Below, one piece after another: positions 47,100-55,808 of a stretch of DNA of 64,000 nt (the first letter of the stretch is position 1; each line of letters begins with the position of its first letter). The stretch spans positions 1,184,001-1,248,000 of the forward strand of contig OY761556.1 in assembly GCA_963664705.1 (NCBI GenBank), read 5' to 3'. Under the pieces are notes generated by a model. It searched no databases, was not told the origin of the DNA, and saw nothing but the letters and a program-made list of their open reading frames with translations. This stretch comes from Acidobacteriota bacterium (GTDB lineage Bacteria > Acidobacteriota > UBA6911). The position numbers and the translations under genes are program-made.

Positions 47100-47105
47100 G
47101 TGATA

Positions 47106-48908
47106 TTAGTTTGATTCAAGGACTGCAGTGGATTCCGGTTGGTCTCGGTACTGTAACTGATAGAGTTTCCAGTAGATGCCGCGCAGCTTGAGCAGCTGTT
47201 GGTGAGAGCCGATTTCGCGGATTCTGCCCCGGTGCAGAACGATGATGCGATCCGCATTCTGAATGGTCGACAGACGGTGCGCAATAATAATTGAGGTGCG
47301 GCCCGCCATCAGCCGGGTGAGAGCATCCCGTATGAGAAGCTCTGTTTCGGTGTCGATGCTGGAGGTTGCTTCATCCAGCACGAGGATTTTGGGGTCATAG
47401 GCCAGGGCCCGAGCAAAGGCCAACAGCTGTTTCTGGCCCACCGACAGGGAGGATCCCCGTTCGCCCACTTCCGTCGAATACTGCTTTTCCAGTTTGCCGA
47501 TGAATTGAGCCGCGTGCACTGTCTCCGCCGCCTGCTGTATTTGGGCGTCGGAAATGTGGTTGTTTCCCAGCCGGATGTTTTCCGCCACGCTTCCGGAAAA
47601 GAGGAATACGTCCTGAAGCACGATCCCGATCGAACGCCGCAATCCCTGCAGGTCGAGCTCCTTGATGTTTACGCCATCCACCAGGATTTCTCCCTGCTGC
47701 ACATCATAGAAGCGGCTCAACAGCGAGATAATCGTTGATTTGCCGGCTCCGGTGGCGCCGACCACCGCAACCTTTTCGCCGGGGGCGACTTTGAAGGACA
47801 CGTCATGCAAAATCTGCTCTCCGGCATTGTAGGAGAACCCCACATTACGAAATTCGATACTGCCGCGCTGCACCGGCTGCAATTCCGCCTCCTCCGGCGA
47901 TGCAATGGATGGTTCGGTGTCCACAAGCTTGAAAATGCGTTCCGAGGAAGCCATTGCTGCCTGGAGAATGGTGTATTTCTCGCTGAGGTCCGAAATAGGG
48001 CGGAAGAAGCGGTCGGAATACTGGATGAATGCGACCAGTGTGCCCAGTGTCAGTGCGCCTGAAAGCACCTGGTGGCCGCCAAGCCAGACGATGAGCGCAA
48101 TTGCGGAGGCGGAGACCACCTCCAGCAGGGGAAAGAAGATTGCATAATAGAAGATCGATTGTATGTTGGCATCGAGATGTTCTTTGTTGATCCGTGTGAA
48201 GCGCCGGTATTGCTTTTGCTCCTGCACAAAAAGCTGGACTACCGCCGCGCCCGTTATGTTTTCCTGCAGAAAGGAATTGATGCGCGCGATGGCTGTCCGC
48301 ACTCTCCGGTAGGAGTCGCGGACCTTTATCTTGAAGATCAGCGTGATAAGAATCAGAAACGGCAGAATGGCTACAATCGCAAGCGCCAGTTTGTAATTGA
48401 GAATAAAAAGAGAAATGATGATTCCCGAAAGCGTAAAGAGGTCGTCGAAAACGGAAATGACCCCTGAGGTAAACAGCTCGTTCAGGGCATCGACATCGGT
48501 TGTGACTCGCGTCATCAGGCGGCCGACGGGATTTCGGTCAAAAAATGAAACGTCCAGTTTTTGCAGATGCCGGAATATCTGCATGCGCAGGTCGAACATG
48601 ACTTTCTGGCCCACCGTATTGATGAGCAAGGTTTGGGTAAAACTCAACGCAAACACGCAGAAGAGGGAAAGGATGTAAAGAAGCGCAATCTGGTTCAGTC
48701 CCGCAAAGCTGCCGTTCCGGATGTATCGGTCTATTGCGATTTTGGTCAGGTAGGGCTGAATAATCGAAAAGGCAGAGCCGGAGATCAGGCATACCAGTGC
48801 CAGGAAAGCGGAACCGCGGTACGGCTTCAGATAGGAGAGAAGCCGGCGCATCAGCCGCGCATCGTACGCCTTGCCCAAGACCTGTTCTTCGTTGATATTT
48901 TCCGCCAT
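47106..48908 (-). CDS. Heterodimeric ABC exporter subunit (MdlB/YheH-like)
   Basis: TMD plus NBD; GATGAGKS, LSVGQKQ, LDEATS, IAHRLST. Confidence 0.92.
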   Translation of the reverse strand: MAENINEEQVLGKAYDARLMRRLLSYLKPYRGSAFLALVCLISGSAFSIIQPYLTKIAIDRYIRNGSFAGLNQIALLYILSLFCVFALSFTQTLLINTVGQKVMFDLRMQIFRHLQKLDVSFFDRNPVGRLMTRVTTDVDALNELFTSGVISVFDDLFTLSGIIISLFILNYKLALAIVAILPFLILITLIFKIKVRDSYRRVRTAIARINSFLQENITGAAVVQLFVQEQKQYRRFTRINKEHLDANIQSIFYYAIFFPLLEVVSASAIALIVWLGGHQVLSGALTLGTLVAFIQYSDRFFRPISDLSEKYTILQAAMASSERIFKLVDTEPSIASPEEAELQPVQRGSIEFRNVGFSYNAGEQILHDVSFKVAPGEKVAVVGATGAGKSTIISLLSRFYDVQQGEILVDGVNIKELDLQGLRRSIGIVLQDVFLFSGSVAENIRLGNNHISDAQIQQAAETVHAAQFIGKLEKQYSTEVGERGSSLSVGQKQLLAFARALAYDPKILVLDEATSSIDTETELLIRDALTRLMAGRTSIIIAHRLSTIQNADRIIVLHRGRIREIGSHQQLLKLRGIYWKLYQLQYRDQPESTAVLESN

Positions 48909-48913
48909 GATTC

Positions 48914-50671
48914 CTACGTTACCGCGAGTTCCTCTTCGAGCAATTGTTTGCTGTACAGATCCGCGTAGACCCCCTGCAGCTCCATCAGGGAATCGTGCGT
49001 GCCCCGTTCGACAATCCGTCCTTCTTTTAGCACCACGATCTGGTGAGCGCTCTTGATCGTGGATATCCGGTGTGAAACGAGGATTGTGGTCCGGTTGTTC
49101 ATGACCTTCGCCAGTTCTCCGAGTATTCGCTCTTCGGTATAGGTGTCCACGTTCGACAGGGAGTCATCGAAAATCAGGACCTTGGGAAGCAGGAGCACCG
49201 CTCGGCTGATGGCGACGCGCTGTTTCTGGCCGCCGGACAGCGTAATGCCTCTTTCGCCTACATACGTCCCGATGCCGTTTGAGAATGTCCCGATGTCATC
49301 CGCAATTTGAGAAACGCGCGCCGCCCAGTCCACCTCCTCATCGGTCTTGGGGATATCGTTTCCGAAGGCGATGTTTTCCCGGATCGTATCTGAGAAAAGA
49401 AACGTCTCCTGGGGGACGTAGCCGATGTTTTTTCTCAAATCAGCCAGCGGCCACTGGTGCACATCCTTGTTATCGATGAACACGGTTCCCGGCGGTGGAT
49501 CGAAAAGCCGGGTGATCAGATTAACAAGGGTAGATTTTCCGCTTCCGGTGTGACCTACAATCGCCAGAGTGGTTCCGGCCGGGACTGTGACGCTGATATT
49601 GTGCAGCACGGGGCGCTTGCCATTTGGATATTGAAATGTCAGGTTCCTGAGCTCCAGCGATCCGCAAATCTCCTCCGGAGCCAGGGCGCCAGGTTCGTCA
49701 TGAATGGCGGGTGGAGCCTCCATAATGTCCAGCATTCGTCCCATGGATGCGGCTCCGCGCTGGAAAATATTCATTACCCAGCCAATCGCAATAGTGGGCC
49801 AGGTCAGCATCGACAGATACCCCATGAACGCAACGAACTCTCCAAGTGTCAGAGTGCCGCGGATGACCTGGCGCCCGCCGAACCACAGGAGCGCGACGGA
49901 GGACATACCGATCAGCGCGGTCATGAGCGGATAGTAGATGCCCCAGAGCCGGATCAAGGAGACATTGCGGCGCACATACTCGACGTTGAGTTTGCGGAAA
50001 TCCTCAATTTCCGATTCCTCACGGGCGAAGGCTTTCACTACGCGAATGCCGGACAGGTTCTCCTGCGCTTTTGTGCTCAGGTTGGAGAACTGTTCCTGGA
50101 TATTTTCGAAACGATCGTGAATTTGCCGGCCGACTTTCTTCACCGTGACAGACACCAGCGCCAGCGGAATATACGCGAGAATCGTCAACTCCCAGTTCAG
50201 CCGGAGCAAAATAGTGGTAAGGATGATCACGAGCGTGATCGTGTTCAGGGAATACATGATGCCCGGGCCAAGCACGGAACGGACGGCATTCAGATCGTTG
50301 GTGGCTCTCGACATGATGTCGCCGGTGCTGCGCGTTTGCAGAAACGAAAGAGACATCTTCTGGACATGCGACAGGAAATCGTTGCGCAGGTCGTATTCAA
50401 CCAGCCGGCTGACGCCAATGAGAATCTGCCGCATCCAGAAGCGGAAAAAGCCCTCCACCAGGGAAATGCCGAGGATGAGCGCGGCGTAGAGTAAAAGTTT
50501 CTGCTTGTCGATGCCGTGTCGCAGCCCGTCTACCACATATTTCAATACCCAGGGGGAACAGGTGGCTGCTGCAACCGTCGCAATGATCATCAGGGATCCC
50601 ATGATCATCCTCGAACGGTATTTGCCCAGATAGGGTAAGAGATAGAGAAGGGGGTGTTTTCTGTCTGCCAT
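48914..50671 (-). CDS. Heterodimeric ABC exporter subunit (MdlA/YheI-like)
   Basis: TMD plus NBD; GHTGSGKS, LSGGQKQR, degenerate Walker B FDDSLS, SHRIST. Confidence 0.92.
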   Translation of the reverse strand: MADRKHPLLYLLPYLGKYRSRMIMGSLMIIATVAAATCSPWVLKYVVDGLRHGIDKQKLLLYAALILGISLVEGFFRFWMRQILIGVSRLVEYDLRNDFLSHVQKMSLSFLQTRSTGDIMSRATNDLNAVRSVLGPGIMYSLNTITLVIILTTILLRLNWELTILAYIPLALVSVTVKKVGRQIHDRFENIQEQFSNLSTKAQENLSGIRVVKAFAREESEIEDFRKLNVEYVRRNVSLIRLWGIYYPLMTALIGMSSVALLWFGGRQVIRGTLTLGEFVAFMGYLSMLTWPTIAIGWVMNIFQRGAASMGRMLDIMEAPPAIHDEPGALAPEEICGSLELRNLTFQYPNGKRPVLHNISVTVPAGTTLAIVGHTGSGKSTLVNLITRLFDPPPGTVFIDNKDVHQWPLADLRKNIGYVPQETFLFSDTIRENIAFGNDIPKTDEEVDWAARVSQIADDIGTFSNGIGTYVGERGITLSGGQKQRVAISRAVLLLPKVLIFDDSLSNVDTYTEERILGELAKVMNNRTTILVSHRISTIKSAHQIVVLKEGRIVERGTHDSLMELQGVYADLYSKQLLEEELAVT

Positions 50672-50731
50672 GGCTAAAGCTGAGTAAGCGGCTGGACCGA
50701 GATACGAATAAGGACAAGCTGCTGAAAAGCG

Positions 50732-51322
50732 CTATCGCGTAGTCCGCATATCCTTGTAGGGAATCAGTGCTCCATCCCGCAACTTAAATTCTACCGAATA
50801 CTTCATGATATCGTTCTTATAATTTGGGTAAACCAACTCGAACTGGGCCACTTCATCCGGCGCAATCGATTCCTTGTTCATTCGGACTATGGCTGTTTCC
50901 AGGATGGTTCCATCGTGTGCATAGAGGCGTACCGCCGTGTCCAGCTGCTCCAGCGTGTCCGTTGCGATATTTCTGATGGCGCCACGAATATGGAACTCGT
51001 TGTCTTTGACCTCATCCCCAAGGTATAAAAGCGCGACTTTTTCCTGCCGTTCGTCTCCGCGTCGAGACTGAAGGTCCCTGGTCATTTTGTCAACGGTTGG
51101 TTGCGGAAGAATGACAAGGACAAAACCCGCGGCAACCACGAGGCTCAGGATGATCAGGAGAACCCGCAGAAGATCTCCGAGCAGCCAGGGCTTTTGCCGT
51201 ACCGCGGTAAAAGCTGGGGCTTCCGGCCGGCGCGCAGCATCCGGTGCGTCCTGGGGCGAAGCAGATGTGGGTTCAGTTGGTTGTTCCGGCGGGCTGGACT
51301 TGTCCAAGTTAAGGTGGAGCAT
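50732..51322 (-). CDS. Single-TM protein with FxLYD-like periplasmic domain
   Basis: Pro-rich N-terminus, TM helix, G.IRN, V.LY..DG, I.P.....F.L. Confidence 0.65.
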   Translation of the reverse strand: MLHLNLDKSSPPEQPTEPTSASPQDAPDAARRPEAPAFTAVRQKPWLLGDLLRVLLIILSLVVAAGFVLVILPQPTVDKMTRDLQSRRGDERQEKVALLYLGDEVKDNEFHIRGAIRNIATDTLEQLDTAVRLYAHDGTILETAIVRMNKESIAPDEVAQFELVYPNYKNDIMKYSVEFKLRDGALIPYKDMRTTR

Positions 51323-51416
51323 AGGTCCTTTCGCTTTCTCTATTTCCTCATCGTTTTCCGGTATCGGAAGTCAGGCGCACGAAGAACTCTCGGCAGAGCG
51401 GGCTGCGTATCAAGTC

Positions 51417-52040
51417 TTACTTATTGGGGTATGTGGGAAACCTGGGTTGGCGGCGTGAATCGACGGGCTGAGGGCTTTTGTCCCAGAATCCCTTTTTCCC
51501 TGATGATGGCGGTTCCTGGCCCATCATCAGCTTTGTGCTGATCTTTCCCAGAATGCGCCTTTCCAGAGTGCCCAATGAGTCCAGGGGGATCCACTTCTCC
51601 GTTCCATCAACATCCCGATTCAGTGCTTCCACCTTTGTCCGTATGGTAACCATCGTTTCCGTGGGGGACACAATTTCCAGCAACGCCTCAACTGAATACT
51701 GCGCCTTGAGCCAGGTTCCCGTAGCCCGGTCATTCAGTATCGCGACCTTCTCAACCTCGCTCGGCGTCAGCGAGCCGGTAATAAATTCATAGGGGCGTGT
51801 CGTGATCTTTCCACCCTTCCGGTCATCCATCTCAATTTTGTAGTCCATATCGTCAAACACGGCATAGACGACATTTGCGACGACCTCGAACTTGTTGACA
51901 AACTTGACCGGGTCAGGAAGGTTGGGTTTCTGCGATTGGGCATTCAGCGGAAACACTCCGCCGAGCCCCAGGATTGCCAGGAGAACTATTTGTTTGAGAA
52001 TGCATCTAAGATGCTGATTGCTATGTAATTCTAGGCGCAC
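51417..52040 (-). CDS. Exported hypothetical protein
   Basis: Signal peptide ending LNA|Q; D...G.I.T, SLGTLE.RIL; GTG 52040 lies 6 nt after TACGAT; start uncertain. Confidence 0.62.
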   Translation of the reverse strand: MRLELHSNQHLRCILKQIVLLAILGLGGVFPLNAQSQKPNLPDPVKFVNKFEVVANVVYAVFDDMDYKIEMDDRKGGKITTRPYEFITGSLTPSEVEKVAILNDRATGTWLKAQYSVEALLEIVSPTETMVTIRTKVEALNRDVDGTEKWIPLDSLGTLERRILGKISTKLMMGQEPPSSGKKGFWDKSPQPVDSRRQPRFPTYPNK

Positions 52041-52215
52041 GCGGAGATCGTAGCACCGGGTCCAATCCAAGTCAATCGTCGAACGGACACTACCGTTTTT
52101 TTGCGGCATCCGGGCTTTGGGACTGCATTCTGAGGCCGGCACATCATGAATCAATTGCATCGAAGGCTCTCTCACTATATTCTGAAGTGGAATATTATCA
52201 GGGACCGAAAAATCT

Positions 52216-52605
52216 ATGCCTAAATATGCTACCAACTGGGTTGATTATCGTTTGCCAACGGGTCAGGACTTCGCCGTAGCCGTTTGCGGATATACGGGAA
52301 AAATCCGTCACATGTATATTGGATGCGATCCCGTGCGTCGGGCGTTCATTCATAACGTAATGATCGATGAGGAATCCTGCCATACGGCGGCGCATTGCCT
52401 TGCTTTGGATTGCCCGCTGAACAGGGCTGAATCCGAGCATCTTCTTCACATGCTGGATATGAATGAGGACGAGCCGCTCGACACGGAAACCGCCCAGCAG
52501 TGGGGCACCGGGAGCACCCTCCAGTCTTTTTTGATGTTTGCCAGAAAGATCCAGGCGATGCTGCCGGAAGAGCTGAAAAAGCCGCAACCGCCGATCGAGG
52601 AGTAA
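52216..52605 (+). CDS. Hypothetical Cys/His-rich protein
   Basis: 129 aa ORF filling the gap; CGY, RH, C..A.HC...DCPLN. Confidence 0.7.
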   Translation: MPKYATNWVDYRLPTGQDFAVAVCGYTGKIRHMYIGCDPVRRAFIHNVMIDEESCHTAAHCLALDCPLNRAESEHLLHMLDMNEDEPLDTETAQQWGTGSTLQSFLMFARKIQAMLPEELKKPQPPIEE

Positions 52606-52628
52606 AGAAGACGGGCGTCACAAGAAGG

Positions 52629-53687
52629 CTATTTTGAAACCTTCTGGCTCCTGCCTCCTGTCTCCTGTCTCCTTTTTGTTCCTATCAGGGATTTCTGATA
52701 TTTGTTTACCGCGATCTGATGCGTCGCATAGTCCTTTGAGAACTGATGCGATCCATCATTTCTAGATACATAGTAGTAGTATCCCGTTCTGGTGGGGCGC
52801 AGCGCCGCGCGCAGCGCATTTTCCCCCGGGTTGGCGATGGGGCCGGGCGGCAGGTTGGGGTGGATATAGGTGTTGTAGGGCGATTCTCGAATCAGATCCG
52901 CCTTTCCCAACCGTCCCTCGTAAATGCCGGCCAGTTTCATTCCATAAATAATGGTGGCATCGCAGGCAAGAGGCATTCCCGCGTCCAGCCGATTCAGTAA
53001 TACCGAGGCAACAAGCGGCGCTTCCTCCGGCCGCTTTACCTCTTTCTCAATCAATGATGCCAGCGTCACAATGCGCGGTATTGTCCAGCCCTGCGGGGCA
53101 GGAGTGCCGGCCAGGATCTGCGCCATTCTTGTCCGGAACTGCTGGATCATGGCTTTGACAACGGACTCGCAACTCGCCTTGTGCCCGAATCGATAGGTTT
53201 CCGGGAAAAGGTACCCCTCGAGGGTGTGTGCTTTGGGATCGAGGTCGCGTATCCAGTCGGTTCTGCGGAGCAATTGTTCCAGCTCATCCGAATTGCCAAA
53301 TCCGTTTTTGGCCAGCAATTCCATCGTTTCACGGGCCGTCAGCCCTTCCGGGATGGTGACGGATCGGAAGTTGACGTCTCCCTTGACAAGCCGCAGGGCA
53401 ATATCCGCGGGGCTCGCCGCATCGGCAAATCGATATTCTCCCGCCTGGATGCGTCGCCCCAGGCCGTTGAGGCGCAGATATAGCAAAAAGGGGAGCCGAT
53501 AGCGCAGCACACCCTGGGAGACAAGAAGGTCCGCAATCTGAGACGATGTTGCATGCTTTGGAATTTCGATGAAAACTTCATCCGCCGAGGCGCCATAAAA
53601 AGGGCGCTCTATCTCGGTGCGAAACGCAAGAGCAAGCAGGGCAAACGCGGCAAGAACAACTGCAATCAGAACCACAATTTTTCGCAA
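52629..53687 (-). CDS. mltG: Endolytic murein transglycosylase
   Basis: N-terminal TM, AGEY, TIPEG, LEGYLFPETY, ASLIEKE, SPYNTY...LPPGPIANPG. Confidence 0.94.
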   Translation of the reverse strand: MRKIVVLIAVVLAAFALLALAFRTEIERPFYGASADEVFIEIPKHATSSQIADLLVSQGVLRYRLPFLLYLRLNGLGRRIQAGEYRFADAASPADIALRLVKGDVNFRSVTIPEGLTARETMELLAKNGFGNSDELEQLLRRTDWIRDLDPKAHTLEGYLFPETYRFGHKASCESVVKAMIQQFRTRMAQILAGTPAPQGWTIPRIVTLASLIEKEVKRPEEAPLVASVLLNRLDAGMPLACDATIIYGMKLAGIYEGRLGKADLIRESPYNTYIHPNLPPGPIANPGENALRAALRPTRTGYYYYVSRNDGSHQFSKDYATHQIAVNKYQKSLIGTKRRQETGGRSQKVSK

Positions 53688-53688
53688 A

Positions 53689-54108
53689 CTAGTTTTCCTT
53701 CAGATATCTGTCAAGAATAAGCGCCGCTGCCAGGGAGTCAATGGTTCTATATTTTTTCTGGCGTCGGGGATTCATGGCATGCCAGAATTCCTGGGCTTCG
53801 ACCGTGGAGAGCCTCTCATCCACGCCTGTAACCGGTATTTCCAGCCGCTTTTCCAATACTGTTCGCAATTGCTCCATCCGGAGAAAAGCGTCGCCATGCG
53901 TACCATCCATGTTGGCGGGCATCCCCAGCACAGCTTCCCCAATGCCCATGGTTCCGATCATCGCGCGAATTTTTCCAATCAGGTCCCTCTGTCCTCGGTT
54001 GGGCAGGGAGGGAAGCGGCTGAACGGTCAATCCCAGCTCGTCGCAGCAGGCAAGGCCAATATTTTTACTTCCATAGTCGATAGCCAAAATTTTCTTTCCC
54101 GACACCAT
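53689..54108 (-). CDS. ruvX: YqgF/RuvX pre-16S rRNA nuclease
   Basis: LAIDYG.K.IGLA, G.P..MDG, DERLST, D.LAA.LIL. Confidence 0.92.
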   Translation of the reverse strand: MVSGKKILAIDYGSKNIGLACCDELGLTVQPLPSLPNRGQRDLIGKIRAMIGTMGIGEAVLGMPANMDGTHGDAFLRMEQLRTVLEKRLEIPVTGVDERLSTVEAQEFWHAMNPRRQKKYRTIDSLAAALILDRYLKEN

Positions 54109-54233
54109 GGGTTCATTGGATCACAGTCGCGCCAATAGATGCAACCGGATCAATCCGCCAAGCAAATATTTGAAACCCAAAAGGGATTGCTATACTATTC
54201 TATGACTTTATCTTTACCCATTCGGGAGGTTGA

Positions 54234-55511
54234 ATGTCCGGTAGAGGCTTAAGATTCCAGAAGGGCAAGTTGTTGGTATTCGTCGCATCTTTCCTGATCG
54301 CGCTGTACGGCATCTCTGCTGCCTTTTACGGCAAAGTGGTTGCCAAAGACGAGGCCTACAAGGAGCTCTCCGTTTTTATGGAAGTTCTTCGTAAGGTCAG
54401 CGACGATTACGTTGAAGCTCCCAATATGAACAGTGTTCAGGAAGGGGCGATGCGCGGGCTGATCGATGCTTTGGACCCCTACTGCAGTTTCCTCTCGAAG
54501 GAGCAGTATGAGGCCTTGCAGAAACGCAAGGCAAATGGGAATGCAGATCTTGGCATCGTTCTTTCTAAACGATCCGATGTCATTTATGTGGTATCGGTCG
54601 AACGCGATAGCCCGGCGGCCGACGCGGGCATTCGTCCCGGGGACTACCTTCTGGCCGTGAATGGCAAGGATGTCGAAAATCAGAGCATTCTGGAGGTCGA
54701 CAGTCTTCTTCATGGTTCGGCGGGAACCAAGATCAAGCTTACCCTTTTCCGCAGTTCCCGGACCACGAAACCCCTGGAATTGGAGATGGCACTCAAGGAT
54801 CCATTACAAAACCATGTTGATTCCAAGATGTTGGAAGGAAACATCGGCTTGTTGGATATAGGATCCCTGACCAGTGCTTCCATGGAACCCGTCAAGTTGA
54901 AGCTGAAGACGCTGATCTCTGCGGGAGCAAAAAAGCTTGTTTTGGATCTGAGGGATTGTGCGGAGGGGACGCAGAAAGAGGGCGCAGACCTGGCAAACTT
55001 TTTTATGCGTTCCGGCGTGATTTATTACAGCCAGAACCGCCAGGGCGAAAAGGTACAGGTTGTCGATGCCTCTCCCGACAAATTTATCACCGATCTTCCC
55101 ATGGTTGTTCTGATTGACGGGTCGACGGCCGGTGCTGCCGAAATCGCCGCCGGTGCTTTGAAGGACAGCAATCGCGCCACAATTGTGGGGGAAAAGTCCT
55201 TTGGGGTTGGATCGGCTCAGAAGACGATCCAGTTGAAAAGCGGTGCGGTCCTGATTCTCTCAACGGCAAAATTCTGTACGCCAAAGGGTAAAATCATTCA
55301 GGATGAGGCGCTGGCGAAGGCTGGAATCGTACCGGATGTGCAGGCTCCTGAAGATGAAAAGCGCCAGGAGCTGTACGTTGAATCTTATTATGATGAGCAG
55401 GAAGAGGCTGCTAAATATAAGCAACTTCAGGAGAAAATAGAAAAGATTCAGCTGGATAAGGCCGTGGAGATCCTTTCCAAAGAGAAAATGCCCGTAAAAA
55501 AAGCAGCATGA
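54234..55511 (+). CDS. S41/CtpA-like PDZ protein with substituted catalytic residues
   Basis: TM anchor, YV, GL...LDP, PDZ (SPA..AGI.PGD), LDLR, STAGAAE, SFGVGSAQ. Confidence 0.85.
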   Translation: MSGRGLRFQKGKLLVFVASFLIALYGISAAFYGKVVAKDEAYKELSVFMEVLRKVSDDYVEAPNMNSVQEGAMRGLIDALDPYCSFLSKEQYEALQKRKANGNADLGIVLSKRSDVIYVVSVERDSPAADAGIRPGDYLLAVNGKDVENQSILEVDSLLHGSAGTKIKLTLFRSSRTTKPLELEMALKDPLQNHVDSKMLEGNIGLLDIGSLTSASMEPVKLKLKTLISAGAKKLVLDLRDCAEGTQKEGADLANFFMRSGVIYYSQNRQGEKVQVVDASPDKFITDLPMVVLIDGSTAGAAEIAAGALKDSNRATIVGEKSFGVGSAQKTIQLKSGAVLILSTAKFCTPKGKIIQDEALAKAGIVPDVQAPEDEKRQELYVESYYDEQEEAAKYKQLQEKIEKIQLDKAVEILSKEKMPVKKAA

Positions 55512-55524
55512 TAGGCAATAAGTA

Positions 55525-55554
55525 TTGACACTATTTCGGGCTTTCTGCTAGTCT
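55525..55554 (+). promoter_or_regulatory. sigma70 promoter for tRNA-Val
   Basis: TTGACA-18-TAGTCT with extended TG. Confidence 0.65.
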
Positions 55555-55569
55555 AAGTCCTTATTTTTT

Positions 55570-55644
55570 AGGCGCGTAGCTCAGGGGGAGAGCACTTCCT
55601 TGACGCGGAAGGGGTCAGCGGTTCAAATCCGCTCGCGCCTACCA
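55570..55644 (+). tRNA. tRNA-Val(GAC)
   Basis: AGGCGCG/CGCGCCT acceptor stem, CTTCC-TTGACGC-GGAAG anticodon arm, GGTTCAAATCC T-loop, encoded CCA. Confidence 0.96.
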
Positions 55645-55808
55645 AAAAAAATTTGGCCTCAGGAACGAGTTCTCCTTCGTGGATGAATGAGCCGAAATGA
55701 ACGCTATCCAACGGACTAGCTTTCCTCCCCAGTTTACAGACTAATTGCCAGGAAGGACTCCTTTCCTTGTCCTTATATAGTGTAGGGTCAAGGGTTGGTT
55801 TATAGAAT

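Noticed and set aside
48914-50671. Degenerate Walker B (DD) as a pseudo-ATPase
   Set aside because: Normal feature of heterodimeric ABC exporters
55645-55808. Integrative element at tRNA-Val, or T-box before thrS
   Set aside because: No integrase or duplicated tRNA 3' end; no T-box consensus or antiterminator seen
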